A DNA stretch of 64,000 nucleotides. Source: an uncultured cyanobacterium. GTDB taxonomy: Bacteria > Cyanobacteriota > Cyanobacteriia > Cyanobacteriales > CAWUOF01. The notes below the pieces were generated by a model, which did not search any database, had not been told where the DNA came from, and saw only the letters and a list, made by a program, of their open reading frames with translations. Both the position numbers and the translations under genes were made by a program. The stretch is taken from assembly GCA_963744145.1 (NCBI GenBank), contig CAVUSO010000001.1, positions 1,632,001 to 1,696,000 on the forward strand, in the 5' to 3' direction. Position 1 is the stretch's first letter, and each line of letters opens with the position of its first letter. Of the stretch, positions 34,365 to 47,224 are shown piece after piece.

Positions 34365-34437
34365 TGGAGGTATGCGGACTCGAACCGCAGACATCTGCCT
34401 TGCAAAGGCAGCGCTCTACCAACTGAGCTATACCCCC
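34365..34437 (-). tRNA. tRNA-Ala(TGC)
   Basis: GGGGGTATAGCTCAG...TGC...GGTTCGAGTCC...CTCCA, 73 nt, in the ITS. Confidence 0.97.
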
Positions 34438-34457
34438 TGTCGCTTGACTACCCTAGG

Positions 34458-34531
<74 letters not shown>

Positions 34532-34670
34532 TTATCCCGGACCCCGTCTGGGCAGGTTTGACCCTGCCCGACTCAGTGAAAAGTCTTTCCCCAAACCTGT
34601 CCCGACCTAGGATGACCTCATCTCGACCTTAATACTTTTTTTCGGTCTGAAATGGGTTAGGTCTCCTTGT

Positions 34671-36160
<1,490 letters not shown>

Positions 36161-36358
36161 TGTGGTTTGAGTCTTTTTCGGCTCTTTTACTTATCTTTTT
36201 CGGTCTCACAACTTTTTTTCACACCGAAGTGTTTTTTAGTTGTTTTAACCTATAATTACTTTTGACAAGGTTTGGTTATATTTAACTTTTCACTGATTCT
36301 GTTGTCTAGGTTCGGTGCGCTTTCCGTTCGCCTTGGCTTTTCTTCGAGCGCATTTACT

Positions 36359-36387
36359 AAGTTATCAACTTTCCCTCGGCTTGTCAA
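36359..36387 (-). promoter_or_regulatory. rrn sigma70 promoter
   Basis: TTGACA-17 nt-TAACTT with TG extension; A-tracts upstream; boxA-like GAACCTAGACAAC downstream. Confidence 0.75.
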
Positions 36388-36501
36388 GCCTTTTTTTGAC
36401 TTTTTTTGAAAATTCTTGAAATTCTCTCTGGGTAAGCTTTTTTGCTAGGTTAAGTCTATATATTTGTCCTGATTCTCGAAAAATTGAAGGAAAAAGTTTT
36501 T

Positions 36502-37383
36502 ATGGGGCATTCTGCTGCGGTTCTACCTCCCTGGCTCGTCTTAGAACCTATGTTGCACGCTTGGTTGCTCGAAGATATTGGTCGGGGCGATCGCACTACG
36601 GGTAGTCTATTCAATGGACAAGTTCCCAGGGGACGAGGAAAATGGATTGCTAAAGAATCTGGGATTATTGCGGGATTACCGATCGCAAGTAAAGTCTTTG
36701 GGCTTTTAAGCTCGGAAGTAAATTTCGTTACTAATATAGTGGATGGAGAATCTTGTAGTCCGGGACAAGTGATTGCGGTTCTCGATGGTCCACTTGATGC
36801 GCTGCTGATGGGAGAACGGGTAGCTCTGAATTTGTCGATGCGTTTGAGTGGGATTGCTACTTGTACAAGTCAGTATGTAGATTTAATTGCTGATTTACCT
36901 GTTCAATTAGTTGATACTCGTAAGACTACCCCAGGTCTAAGGTTGTTAGAGAAATACGCTACTGTTGTCGGAGGTGCTAGAAATCATCGTTTGGGGTTAG
37001 ATGATGCGGTGATGATTAAAGATAATCATATTGTTGCAGGGGGAGGGATTGAGCAGGCGATCGCCCAGATCCGATCGCGAATTCCCTATCCCTTGACGAT
37101 TGAAGTTGAAACAGAATCTCTGGCTGAAGTAGAATCAGCATTACAGCATGGCGCTGATATTATTATGCTTGATAATATGCCTCTAGATCGGATGGAGCAA
37201 GCAGTTAAGCTTATTCGTCAGCATAATCACCGCATCAAAATTGAAGCTTCCGGTAATATTACTCTCAATACTATTCGCGATGTAGCCCAAACAGGCGTAG
37301 ATTATATTTCTACTAGCGCTCCAATAACGCGCTCAACTTGGCTAGATTTAAGTATGAAAATAGATCAGACCACTATATATTAA
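36502..37383 (+). CDS. nadC: Nicotinate-nucleotide pyrophosphorylase (carboxylating)
   Basis: DTRKTTPGLR, NHRLGL, IKDNH and IMLDN motifs. Confidence 0.96.
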   Translation: MGHSAAVLPPWLVLEPMLHAWLLEDIGRGDRTTGSLFNGQVPRGRGKWIAKESGIIAGLPIASKVFGLLSSEVNFVTNIVDGESCSPGQVIAVLDGPLDALLMGERVALNLSMRLSGIATCTSQYVDLIADLPVQLVDTRKTTPGLRLLEKYATVVGGARNHRLGLDDAVMIKDNHIVAGGGIEQAIAQIRSRIPYPLTIEVETESLAEVESALQHGADIIMLDNMPLDRMEQAVKLIRQHNHRIKIEASGNITLNTIRDVAQTGVDYISTSAPITRSTWLDLSMKIDQTTIY

Positions 37384-37465
37384 AATCGGCGTTGCTGAAT
37401 GATGATATGATCAATGTCCGCAGCGATCGCTTTGATCGCAACGACAAATTATTAGTCACTGTACA

Positions 37466-37654
37466 CTATTCAATAATTTCATCGTACCGATCTGGATCTT
37501 CTTCTCGATGCTGCTTCATTAATATCAGAATATCTTGTAACGAGATTCGATCTAGCCTCTCAGGACGTTCTTGGCTGTAGTCTCCTTGACCAGGGCTATT
37601 GACTAATGCTTGATACCCTTGTCTAACAATTTCTTGTTGAGTTTTAGTCATCAT
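37466..37654 (-). pseudogene. Antitoxin-like small protein, apparently internally deleted
   Basis: EIVRQGYQALVNS joined directly to PGQGDYSQER; recalled homologues carry an LG..AIRF segment between; overlaps the PIN remnant stop. Confidence 0.5.
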
Positions 37655-37805
37655 TATTGTCCTCGACTTGTGTAGATTTCATCAGCCATTGCACTGGATT
37701 GTCAATAGCTACATTGATGACTTGGGTATTTCTTTGAGCTTTTCTGAGTATTTCTACATCTAACGCAGTGCTGGTGATGAGTTTCCATTGTCCTGACTGG
37801 CATTG
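37644..37805 (-). pseudogene. PIN-domain toxin remnant
   Basis: Translates QCQSGQWKLITSTALDVEI-LRKAQ, then after a frameshift NTQVINVAIDNPVQWL; no start; middle missing. Confidence 0.55.
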
Positions 37806-37914
37806 ACTTTAGCGGCAGATTTCGGATTGTTGAACCTGTCAATAGTCTAACCCCATCTCAAGGTAATATGGGGTTTTCAACTCTGATCCTTATAATTAAG
37901 TCTAGGTATCCCGG

Positions 37915-38919
37915 ATGTCTGTTGTTTCTACTGTCACTGTCACCGTCCCTGCAACTACTGCTAATCTAGGACCAGGTTTTGACTGCATTGGCGCTGCTTT
38001 GACATTGTATAATCGATTTAAGTTTAGCCGTCTTGGCGATGATACACCATTAGAAGAAGATCGAGCAATTAGAATCAAGTTAACTACAGCGCCATTCGGT
38101 GTGCTCAATTGTGGTTCTTTAGAACAAGTAAAAAGTGATTCTAGTAATTTAGTATATCAAACATTTGCTCAATTTTACCATCAGATCGGTCAGACCCCAC
38201 CACCAATCCAGATTGAAATTTTTCTCGGATATCCACTAACTAGAGGTTTAGGTAGTTCTTCAACCGCGATCGCCGGAGGTTTATTGGGTGCTAATGCTCT
38301 AGCTGGTTCACCCTTAAGTTTAACCGAGTTAATCCAATTAGCGATCGCGATCGAAGGACATCCCGATAATGTAGTTCCTGCTTTTTTAGGAGGATGTTGT
38401 TTAGCTGCGACTAGGAGCAATTATCCTGATTTAGAACCGGGTAAAGCCACCTGTTGGGAAATTTGCGATATTCCCTGGCATTCAGATATTATACCTGTAT
38501 TAGCAGTTCCTAATTTTGAACTTTTAACAGCAGAATCTCGTCGAGTTCTCCCTGCTAATTATTCCCGTGCTGAGTCAATTTTTAATACTTCCCATCTGGG
38601 GTTATTATTACGGGGATTAGAAACTGGTAATCCTAATTGGTTGCGCTCTGGATTGCAAGATTGTCTTCATCAACCTTATCGCAAAAGTTTAATTCCTGGT
38701 TATGATACTGTTGTAACTGCTGCTCTACAAGCTGGTGCTTATGGGGTAGTAATTAGTGGTGCTGGACCGACTCTTTTAGCTTTAACCAATCCCCAATCAG
38801 CTCAATCTTTAGAAACAGCGATCGCGATCGCTTGGAAATCCGAAGGTATTTTAGCTGAAGTCCGATCACTTAATTTGGATACCCAAGGAGCGACCATTGT
38901 GACTGAACATCTTATTTAA
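37915..38919 (+). CDS. thrB: Homoserine kinase
   Basis: VPATTANLGPGFD, RGLGSS, EGHPDNV and ISGAGPT motifs. Confidence 0.96.
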   Translation: MSVVSTVTVTVPATTANLGPGFDCIGAALTLYNRFKFSRLGDDTPLEEDRAIRIKLTTAPFGVLNCGSLEQVKSDSSNLVYQTFAQFYHQIGQTPPPIQIEIFLGYPLTRGLGSSSTAIAGGLLGANALAGSPLSLTELIQLAIAIEGHPDNVVPAFLGGCCLAATRSNYPDLEPGKATCWEICDIPWHSDIIPVLAVPNFELLTAESRRVLPANYSRAESIFNTSHLGLLLRGLETGNPNWLRSGLQDCLHQPYRKSLIPGYDTVVTAALQAGAYGVVISGAGPTLLALTNPQSAQSLETAIAIAWKSEGILAEVRSLNLDTQGATIVTEHLI

Positions 38920-38926
38920 TCTGATC

Positions 38927-38950
38927 GGGGGTTAACGGTTGTTGACCCCT
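38927..38950. repeat. REP-like hairpin between convergent genes
   Basis: GGGGTTAAC-GGTT-GTTGACCCC stem-loop. Confidence 0.5.
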
Positions 38951-38957
38951 GTTTGAT

Positions 38958-40328
38958 TTATCTAGATTTGCTGGATATTTTCGCGATCGCCATTTTTTCT
39001 ACTACTGAACGATTGATTTTTCCTTGGGGATTCCGAGGTAATCTCTCTACAGGGAGCCAATATTTAGGATGCTTGTATTTACTGAGCTGATCAGCAATAG
39101 CAGCTTTTAATAAATCTGGAGATATTTGGGGAGATTTAGGTACATAAACTGCTGTTACTGCTTGACCCCAATCAGCATCAAATAAACCGATTATACAAAT
39201 ATCTGTAACTAAGTTAGTTGACAAAATTATCGCTTCTATTTCATGAGGAAATACTTTCTTACCTCCAGTAATAATTTTCTGACTATTTCTCCCTATAATA
39301 GTTAAATAACCTTGCTGATCAAAAAATCCTAAATCATCAGTTTCAAAATCCTTTTGCTGAGTAAATATTTCCGGATAATAACCTAGTGCAAGAGCATCTG
39401 ATTTAATTCTAATAGTTCCAGTTTGGTCAATACCTAATCTTTCTCCATGCTCGTTATAAATATTTACTTGAGCATGGGGTAATACTTGACCACAACTATG
39501 ATTACCTAGGAAAAAATCTGCTGGTTTCAGAGCAACAACTTGGGATGCAGTTTCGGTCATTCCGTAGGTAAGTGCGATCGGAATATGATGATCTCTTGCG
39601 GATTGTAAAAGTTCATCCCAAGCTGGTCCTCCACCTAATAAAACTGTGTGAAATGATGCTAACCAAGTAGTTAATTCCGGATTTTGTAAAATCCGCTGAA
39701 GTTGGGTTGGTACTAAGGAAATAAAAAATTCGGCTGGATTAATCGGACATTTTATACTTAATTCTAATGCTTGAGGGGGAATGATTACCAGTTTACCTCC
39801 GCTAGTGAAAGAGCGCATAAATTGCATTAAACCACTAACATGATAAAATGGTAATATACAGAAGGAATTAACCTGAGCTACTTGAAAATATTGCTGAAAT
39901 CCTGTTACAGATACCCTTAAGGTTTCCCAAGTGTGGATCGCAAAACGAATTTTTCCAGACGATCCTCCTGTGGGAATCATAATCCAGTTATTGATATCTG
40001 GAAGATTGGGTTGGGAGTTTTGCTCAATTAACTTTTGAGCTTGTTCCCATTCACTTTTTACCCAATCTAAATTTCCCAGAAAAATGGGTATTTTCGCAGC
40101 AACAGCAGCAATAAAATGGGAGAGGTATTCTATTGATTGGGAGTGGGAGATCAAATTTTTAGATGTTATTTGCTCAGATTTAGTTGCAGCTAACTGTTGA
40201 TATTTAGTTTGCGAAATTTTGGTGAAATTTGCCGCAACTGATTGATAATTGGTAAGATTGAAATCATAAACAAGTAACCAATTATCGTCATGATTACGTT
40301 GAGCAAAATAATCTAGAGGGGAAGACAT
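38958..40328 (-). CDS. menE: O-succinylbenzoate-CoA ligase
   Basis: TGGSSGKIR, YGMTETASQ and PRNPQGK adenylation motifs; men cluster context. Confidence 0.9.
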   Translation of the reverse strand: MSSPLDYFAQRNHDDNWLLVYDFNLTNYQSVAANFTKISQTKYQQLAATKSEQITSKNLISHSQSIEYLSHFIAAVAAKIPIFLGNLDWVKSEWEQAQKLIEQNSQPNLPDINNWIMIPTGGSSGKIRFAIHTWETLRVSVTGFQQYFQVAQVNSFCILPFYHVSGLMQFMRSFTSGGKLVIIPPQALELSIKCPINPAEFFISLVPTQLQRILQNPELTTWLASFHTVLLGGGPAWDELLQSARDHHIPIALTYGMTETASQVVALKPADFFLGNHSCGQVLPHAQVNIYNEHGERLGIDQTGTIRIKSDALALGYYPEIFTQQKDFETDDLGFFDQQGYLTIIGRNSQKIITGGKKVFPHEIEAIILSTNLVTDICIIGLFDADWGQAVTAVYVPKSPQISPDLLKAAIADQLSKYKHPKYWLPVERLPRNPQGKINRSVVEKMAIAKISSKSR

Positions 40329-41266
40329 AAAATTTTGAGCCAATTTTCATTATTTTCCGGAAACCAATGGTTGGTTCCAAATCCTACTGCTCTTTTGTTG
40401 GTTTGGATAGAAGCAGCTAATTTTAAAGCTGCTTGTCTACCAATTGGGGTTTCAAAAACTGAAGAAAAAACTAGATCAAGATGATAATTTTGGCAAAAAT
40501 TAGACAATTGAGAAGGAAACCCAAATATAGCAGGTTTAATCACAAATATTCCCCTCCAACCTTGGTGGTAATAGGTTTTCATTTGCTCGAAGTTAGCGAC
40601 GGATTCATCTAAAGCGATCGCTGTAGAATATTGTTGATTTAATTTTTGCATCGCTCTAAATTCACTGACGGGAAGTGGTTGCTCAATAAATTCAATTATT
40701 TCCCCAGATCGATCGCAAATTTCTAACCACTGTTGTGCTTCTTGTTCAGTTAAACCTCCATTAGCATCTAAACGCAATTTGGCTGATTTTGGTAACTGCT
40801 GAATTAAAACAGTAAAAATTTCCAGTTCAGTTTGAATTGGTGCAACACCAATTTTCCATTTAAAAGTATGATAGTCTTGCTCCCACAATGATTTCCATGT
40901 ACTTAAAGCTAATTTTTCTGCTGGTAATAAAGCACTGTAAGTAAGCTGTTTTTCTGTTTCCTCACTGGAGTTGGAAAATAAAATAGCAGACTCAAACCCA
41001 AATTGACAAGCAGGAAATTCTGTCGGAATTGACCAGATTATTTCCTCACTGATTTGAGTCGGTAATTGACTACAAAATTCGATCGCTTCCTCGATAGTCT
41101 CGGAACCAAACCAACTAATCGGGGCAATTTCACCCCAGCTAATTCTATTGGTTTCATCCGTTAGACTGATAATGATACCTTCACGAATTTTCCAGCACCC
41201 ATGACTCGTATATATGGGACGCTGAAATGGTTGTTGATAGGGATAAAAATTAAATTTATATAGCAT
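40313..41266 (-). CDS. menC: O-succinylbenzoate synthase
   Basis: FKWKIG, LRLDANGG, FIEQP, ALDES and VIKP enolase-family motifs. Confidence 0.92.
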   Translation of the reverse strand: MLYKFNFYPYQQPFQRPIYTSHGCWKIREGIIISLTDETNRISWGEIAPISWFGSETIEEAIEFCSQLPTQISEEIIWSIPTEFPACQFGFESAILFSNSSEETEKQLTYSALLPAEKLALSTWKSLWEQDYHTFKWKIGVAPIQTELEIFTVLIQQLPKSAKLRLDANGGLTEQEAQQWLEICDRSGEIIEFIEQPLPVSEFRAMQKLNQQYSTAIALDESVANFEQMKTYYHQGWRGIFVIKPAIFGFPSQLSNFCQNYHLDLVFSSVFETPIGRQAALKLAASIQTNKRAVGFGTNHWFPENNENWLKILCLPL

Positions 41267-42186
41267 TATCTCCAGGGAAGAATAAAACCTAACCCCAATA
41301 ATAAACCACTGCAAAAATGCAACCCGACAGCAATAAATTTACTGTTACTTACCCGTTCTGGTTGATCGTGATAGGTATTAACATGGTGGCATAATTGGAT
41401 GGCAAAAGGTAGACTACCAAAAATTAATAATGTCCAGAAGGGGAAAACTTGAAGCAGCACAAAAAAAACGGTGAGGACATAAATACTAGCAGTAGACCAG
41501 GTTAAGATTTGCGCTCCTTTTTTAGTACCGAGACGAACAATGGGCGATCGCTTACCAGCGGCTAAGTCATCTTCAACTTGATGAAAATGAGAACAAAACA
41601 AAATTATACTGGTGCTAATACCAATAATAATCGCAGCCACCAGATTAGTAAAAGACCAATTTTGAGTTTGACTGAAATAAGATGCAGCGATCGCTAGTGG
41701 TCCAAAGGTAAAAAAGCAGATAATTTCTCCCCAACCCTGGTATCCTAAGCGAAAGGGGGGACCTTGATAACTATAACCCAAAGCACAGCTAAGTAAGATC
41801 ATACCTAACACCGTCAAATTTTGTTGCCAGTAGGCGATCGCCCAGATCCCGCATATACCGAGCGCCAAAAATAGATTAGCTAACCAAAAGATTAAAGATT
41901 TATTACCAGTTAAATTCACCACCGAATGGGCTTTATTGACATCAATTCCGGTTTCCGAATCAAACACATCATTACTGAGATTGAGCCAAGCAATAATCAG
42001 GATAGCTGAAATTAAAAAAGTAGCAAATATTTGGCTATTAATTGTTTGAGTTTCAGCCACAGCAACAGCCGTTCCTACCCAGATCGGAATAATGGCTACA
42101 CTATACATAGGTGGTTTGATTGCAGCTAACCACAATTTACGATTCGTGATGGTTGACGAACCCGTAGTTTCTGAGTGGGTCTTCAT
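41266..42186 (-). CDS. menA: DHNA phytyltransferase
   Basis: AAIKPPMYSVA, NDVFD, YQGPPFRLGY and DDLAAGKRS motifs. Confidence 0.93.
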   Translation of the reverse strand: MKTHSETTGSSTITNRKLWLAAIKPPMYSVAIIPIWVGTAVAVAETQTINSQIFATFLISAILIIAWLNLSNDVFDSETGIDVNKAHSVVNLTGNKSLIFWLANLFLALGICGIWAIAYWQQNLTVLGMILLSCALGYSYQGPPFRLGYQGWGEIICFFTFGPLAIAASYFSQTQNWSFTNLVAAIIIGISTSIILFCSHFHQVEDDLAAGKRSPIVRLGTKKGAQILTWSTASIYVLTVFFVLLQVFPFWTLLIFGSLPFAIQLCHHVNTYHDQPERVSNSKFIAVGLHFCSGLLLGLGFILPWR

Positions 42187-42484
42187 TTGTCCTCATTAAG
42201 TGACTTCCAGTGATTCGATCAATTTTACGATGCTGTTGTCATTGTGGAATAGCACATTCACTCTAGATTAATGTGATCTGTCCAGGTTGCTGTGGTAAGG
42301 TGAAAAATTGGTGCTGTGACAAAAATCGCTTTTTGTCCCTCGATCTAGCTGGTGAGACGGCACAAATCGTGATTGGGAATGCTATTAATTGTGTGAAAGA
42401 GGGGAAATATGGTCTTTCTAGCTAAAGGATTAAAAAATGCAACATCAGGGCGTTAATTCCAGAAAATCTGCTATCCTCTCTTCC

Positions 42485-43905
42485 ATGCCAGTTACAGATT
42501 CTGAATCAGGACCAATATTTTTCTGGATCGTCAAACACTAGATCAGTTTCTTTTATCTTGTCAGCAGACATCAATCAAAAAAGAACAGACCACGATCGCC
42601 AGCATTTCCTTACCAATTCAACATCTCGACCCATTGACGGTGATGAATGCGATCGCGAAACCAAATCAATTTAATTTTTACTGGGAGAAAGTTGCTCAAG
42701 GAGAAGCAATCTGTGCGATCGATTCTGTGATGTATTTACAAATAGAAGGACATCAGCGGTTTCAACTTGCTCAGGATTTTATCTGCTCTGGTTTTGAGCG
42801 GATGATGACGATTGGGGCTTTAGATCTACCTTTAGCTGGTCCAAGATTTTTTTGTAGTTTTCCTTTTTTTGAAACATCTTTGAATCGTCAGACACCTTTT
42901 TCTGCAACGACTATTTTTTTACCAAAATGGCAATTTACTTGTAGCAAAAATAGTAGTGTTTTTGTTGCTAATATTCTGATCAATCCCAATAGTGATCTGC
43001 CCAGATTATCTTATCAAGTCTGGCAAATATTTCACCAAGTCAATACATCTAGATATCAAAAATTGCCTAGTCAGGTAAGAACTAAAAAATATACTTATGA
43101 AGATGTCACCCATACCAATTGTTTTCAATATGCTGTCCAAGGGGCTTTAAATTCGATTCAGGAGAATCGTTATCAGAAAATTGTACTTGCCCATGCAATT
43201 AATGTCAAATCAAAAACACCCTTTCATATTGTTGACTCTTTAAATCAATTAAGAATACTCCATCCTGATTGCTATATATTTGGCACCAGTAATCATCAGG
43301 GTCAAAATTTTATTGGTGCTAGTCCAGAAAGGTTAGTCAGTCTTCATAATCAAGTTTTAGAAACCGACGCATTAGCTGGATCAGCACCCCGAGGAAAAAC
43401 CTCTTCCGAAGATACATATTTAGGGAAAATTCTGCTGAATGATGAAAAAGAAAGACATGAACATCAAGTGGTAATCGATTTTATTGTTCAATGTTTATCT
43501 CGTCTGGGGTTAACACCTCATTTATCACCACCAAGTTTAAGACAATTATCCAATATTCAACATTTATGGACACCGATCCTCGCTCAAGTACCGACGAATT
43601 TGCATCTATTAGAAATTTTAGCAGAATTCCATCCTACCCCGGCTGTAGCTGGAGACCCCAGAAATATTGCTTGTCAAGAAATCCAACATTATGAAGCTTT
43701 TGATCGTGGTCTTTATGCTGGACCATTAGGGTGGATAGATCGTCATGGAAATGGAGAGTTTATTGTCGGAATTCGTTCGGCATTAATCGATGGTTGTCAT
43801 GCTAGACTTTATGCTGGTGCTGGAATTGTAGCTGGTTCGATTCCCGAAAAAGAATTAGCAGAAATTAAATTAAAATTACAAGCACTCATTAAAGCTTTAG
43901 TATAA
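42485..43905 (+). CDS. menF: Isochorismate synthase (apparent frameshift near 42503)
   Basis: KIVLA, GASPERL, ALAGS, KERHEH, HPTPAV and AGAGIV motifs. ATG 42485 (MPVT) is out of frame with the main ORF, which is open from about 42505. Confidence 0.88.
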
Positions 43906-43945
43906 AAAAAATTGCTGATTAGATAGGGATTAACTCTGATTAATC

Positions 43946-45670
43946 ATGTTACATAAACAACAGAATGTAAATTCGGTTTGGGCAACAATTTTAGTCGAAA
44001 CTTATCAACGTCTGGGCTTAAAAACAGCCGTGATTTGTCCGGGTTCGCGATCGACACCTTTAGCGATCGCTTTTGGAACTCATCCTCACCTAGAAGCAAT
44101 CCCAATTTTAGATGAAAGATCAGCGGGTTTTTTGGCTTTAGGAGTTGCCAAAAAAACTGGTTTACCTGTAGTCTTAGTTTGTACTTCTGGTACAGCAGGT
44201 GCTAACTTTTATCCAGCCGTAATTGAAGCAAAAGAAAGTCGAATACCCTTATTATTATTGACAGCCGATCGTCCTCCAGAATTGCGCGATTGTCATGCTG
44301 GACAAACTATTGATCAAGTAAAATTATATGGTCACTATCCTAATTGGCAAACTGAATTAGCTATGCCTTCCCTAGAAAAGGGAATATTAAAGTATCTGCG
44401 ACAAATGTTAATATATAGTTGGGAGCGTTCTCTTTTTCCTGTTCCCGGTCCGGTACATATTAATCTCCCTTTTCGCGATCCGCTAGCACCGATTGTTCAA
44501 CCAGAAATAGCCGCTTTTAATGCTAATTTTGATTGGGAAGATTTCTTAGCTGGAATTGAATCTTTACCATTGCTCACAACTAAAGAAATTCCCTTTCCAT
44601 CTAGCTGGAAACAAGGCGATCGCGGTATTATTATTGCAGGAATTGCTCAACCTCCATTACCAGAAAGATATTGTCAAGCGATCGCAAATCTTTCCCAATA
44701 TTTACAATGGCCCGTTTTAGCTGAAGGTTTATCTCCAGTCAGAAATTATGCTGCTCTAAATCCTTATTTAATTTCCACCTACGATTTAATTTTACGGAAC
44801 CAAGAACTAGCACAACAACTAACTCCAGATCTGATCATTCAAATCGGAGAATTACCGACTAGCAAAGAACTACGTGGTTGGATAGAATCTAGCCATGCTC
44901 GGATTTGGGTAATCGACCCTAGTCATCATAATCTGGATGCTCTTCATCACCAAACTATCCATTTAAGAGCTACCATCGAACAAGTTGTGATTCCTGAGCA
45001 ATTGGTAGCGATCGCCTTTAGTAAATATTTACAATTATGGTGGAATATTGAATTAAAAACTAGACAAAAAGTTCATGAAGTAATGACATCAATTGACCAA
45101 GTAATTGAACCTAAAGTTGCTTGGTTAATCTCCCAATGTTTACCACCAGAAACTCCTATATTTATCGCTAATAGTATGCCCGTGCGTGATGTAGAATTTT
45201 TTTGGACTCCCAACAATTTAAAGATCCAACCATTTTTTAATCGAGGAGCAAATGGAATCGACGGGACCTTATCTACCGCATTAGGAATAGCACACCGCTC
45301 CCAAAACACGGTCATGTTAACAGGAGATTTAGCCCTATTACATGATACTAATGGATTTTTACTGCGAAATAAATTTATTGGCCATTTAACCATTATTTTG
45401 ATTAATAATAATGGTGGAGGTATTTTTGAAATGCTACCGATCGCTAATTTCGATCTACCATTTGAAGAATTTTTTGCTACTCCCCAGCATCTAGATTTTG
45501 CCAAATTATGTGCTACTTATGGAGTCGAACATAATTTGATTACTTCCTGGACTCAATTACAGCAATTGTTAAACCCATTACCAACCCAAGGAATTCGGGT
45601 ATTAGAATTGCCAACTAATCGGAAAAAAGACGCATTTTGGCGAAAAACGAATTTAGGAAAATTTGCTTAA
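43946..45670 (+). CDS. menD: SEPHCHC synthase
   Basis: CPGSRSTPL, DERSA, TSGTA, NRGANGIDG, GDLA and NNNGGGIF motifs. Confidence 0.96.
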   Translation: MLHKQQNVNSVWATILVETYQRLGLKTAVICPGSRSTPLAIAFGTHPHLEAIPILDERSAGFLALGVAKKTGLPVVLVCTSGTAGANFYPAVIEAKESRIPLLLLTADRPPELRDCHAGQTIDQVKLYGHYPNWQTELAMPSLEKGILKYLRQMLIYSWERSLFPVPGPVHINLPFRDPLAPIVQPEIAAFNANFDWEDFLAGIESLPLLTTKEIPFPSSWKQGDRGIIIAGIAQPPLPERYCQAIANLSQYLQWPVLAEGLSPVRNYAALNPYLISTYDLILRNQELAQQLTPDLIIQIGELPTSKELRGWIESSHARIWVIDPSHHNLDALHHQTIHLRATIEQVVIPEQLVAIAFSKYLQLWWNIELKTRQKVHEVMTSIDQVIEPKVAWLISQCLPPETPIFIANSMPVRDVEFFWTPNNLKIQPFFNRGANGIDGTLSTALGIAHRSQNTVMLTGDLALLHDTNGFLLRNKFIGHLTIILINNNGGGIFEMLPIANFDLPFEEFFATPQHLDFAKLCATYGVEHNLITSWTQLQQLLNPLPTQGIRVLELPTNRKKDAFWRKTNLGKFA

Positions 45671-45672
45671 AT

Positions 45673-46185
45673 TTAGCAGTTATTTTCCGATTGCTCACAC
45701 AGACCAATACTTACCCAACTACTGGATAATTTCCCCGTATTTGGATCGTTATACCATTCCTTTTTCCAAATAGGAGCATGATGTTTTAGGGTATCAATTC
45801 CATAACGACAAGCTGCAAATGCTTCAGCTCGATGGGGACAACCCACAGCTACTAGGACACTAATTTCTCCAATTGGTAAACGTCCGACCCGATGATGAAT
45901 CACCACCCGATTAACATCAGACCATTGTTGACGAATCTCAATCGCAATTTGACGGAATACTTGGATTGCCATTGGCTCATAAGCTTGATACTCTAAAGCA
46001 ACTACGGGAATTCCATCTGTTTGATTGCGTACCATCCCACTCATGATCATGATCGCTCCATTAGCTGGATCATCTGCTAAAGCATAAACTTCTGCTAAGG
46101 AAAGTGGGGCAAAAGTAATGGCAAAATTATCTGTTGTTGGTGATTGAAGCGAATTTGATAAGGATGTAATGCTTGAGTGTTTCAT
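45673..46185 (-). CDS. moaE: Molybdopterin synthase large subunit
   Basis: LEYQAYEPMA, HRVG, PHRAEAF and PIWKKE motifs; start uncertain. Confidence 0.92.
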   Translation of the reverse strand: MKHSSITSLSNSLQSPTTDNFAITFAPLSLAEVYALADDPANGAIMIMSGMVRNQTDGIPVVALEYQAYEPMAIQVFRQIAIEIRQQWSDVNRVVIHHRVGRLPIGEISVLVAVGCPHRAEAFAACRYGIDTLKHHAPIWKKEWYNDPNTGKLSSSWVSIGLCEQSENNC

Positions 46186-46240
46186 AGCGGAACTTTTTCC
46201 GGTTAACTTAGTTTGATCCAGGAGGAAAATCCTGAAAAAT

Positions 46241-47224
46241 TTAACCTCTTCCTCCACCCATCAGATATAAAAGTGCCATTCGGACCGCTACACCACTGGT
46301 TACTTGTTGGGAGATAAGACTAAATTCGGGGTCGTCCATCACATCAGAACTAATTTCTACCCCTCGATTAGTTGGACCGGGATGGAGAATCTTTACACCT
46401 GGTTGACAGAATTTTAGTCGATCGCGGGTAATCCCAAAACCCTGATGATACTCGCGTAAACTAGGTAATAGGTGATCGCTCATCCGTTCCTGTTGGAGAC
46501 GTAGGGTCATCACAAAATCAGCATCTTGTAGTGCTGGTTCAATTTCCCAATGTAAATGAAGTGGAGTTGGAGTTCCAAGATCAGCAAAGAATTTAGGTAA
46601 TAAAGTCGGGGGTCCAGCTAAATGGACTTGAGCACCACTAGCAGTTAAACTCCAAATATTTGATCGGGCTACTCGAGAATGCAAAATATCCCCAACAATC
46701 ACAATTTTTTTACCCTCAAGCAATTCTAAACGTGGATGTTCAGGATCTAGTTGGGTACAAATTGTAAATAAATCTAACAATGCTTGAGAAGGATGTTCAT
46801 GTTGTCCATCACCCGCGTTCATCACCCCCACTTTGGTTCCCAATCGGTTCATTTCCATCGCGATCGCACTAGGAACACCAGCTTCCCGATGACGGATCAC
46901 CATTAAATCACATCCCATCGCTAGATAGGTTTTGGCTGTATCGAGAATTGTTTCTCCTTTAGTCAGAGAAGATGTCCCTGGAGTAAAATTAAGTGTATCA
47001 GCCGAAAGACGTTTAGCTGCTAGTTCAAAACTGCTCCGAGTTCGAGTGGATGATTCAAAAAATAAATTTGCGACCACCTGACCTTGGAGGGTAGGAACTT
47101 TTTTAGTCCGACGGGAAAGGACTTCTCGGAAACTAGCCGCAGTTTGCAGCACTGTATTGTATTCACTATAGACAAAATCAGCGAGAGACAGAATGTGACG
47201 ACGAGTCCAGGAGGTAGTAGTCAT
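46241..47224 (-). CDS. pyrB: Aspartate carbamoyltransferase
   Basis: [26 protein letters not shown] and HPGP motifs. Confidence 0.96.
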   Translation of the reverse strand: MTTTSWTRRHILSLADFVYSEYNTVLQTAASFREVLSRRTKKVPTLQGQVVANLFFESSTRTRSSFELAAKRLSADTLNFTPGTSSLTKGETILDTAKTYLAMGCDLMVIRHREAGVPSAIAMEMNRLGTKVGVMNAGDGQHEHPSQALLDLFTICTQLDPEHPRLELLEGKKIVIVGDILHSRVARSNIWSLTASGAQVHLAGPPTLLPKFFADLGTPTPLHLHWEIEPALQDADFVMTLRLQQERMSDHLLPSLREYHQGFGITRDRLKFCQPGVKILHPGPTNRGVEISSDVMDDPEFSLISQQVTSGVAVRMALLYLMGGGRG

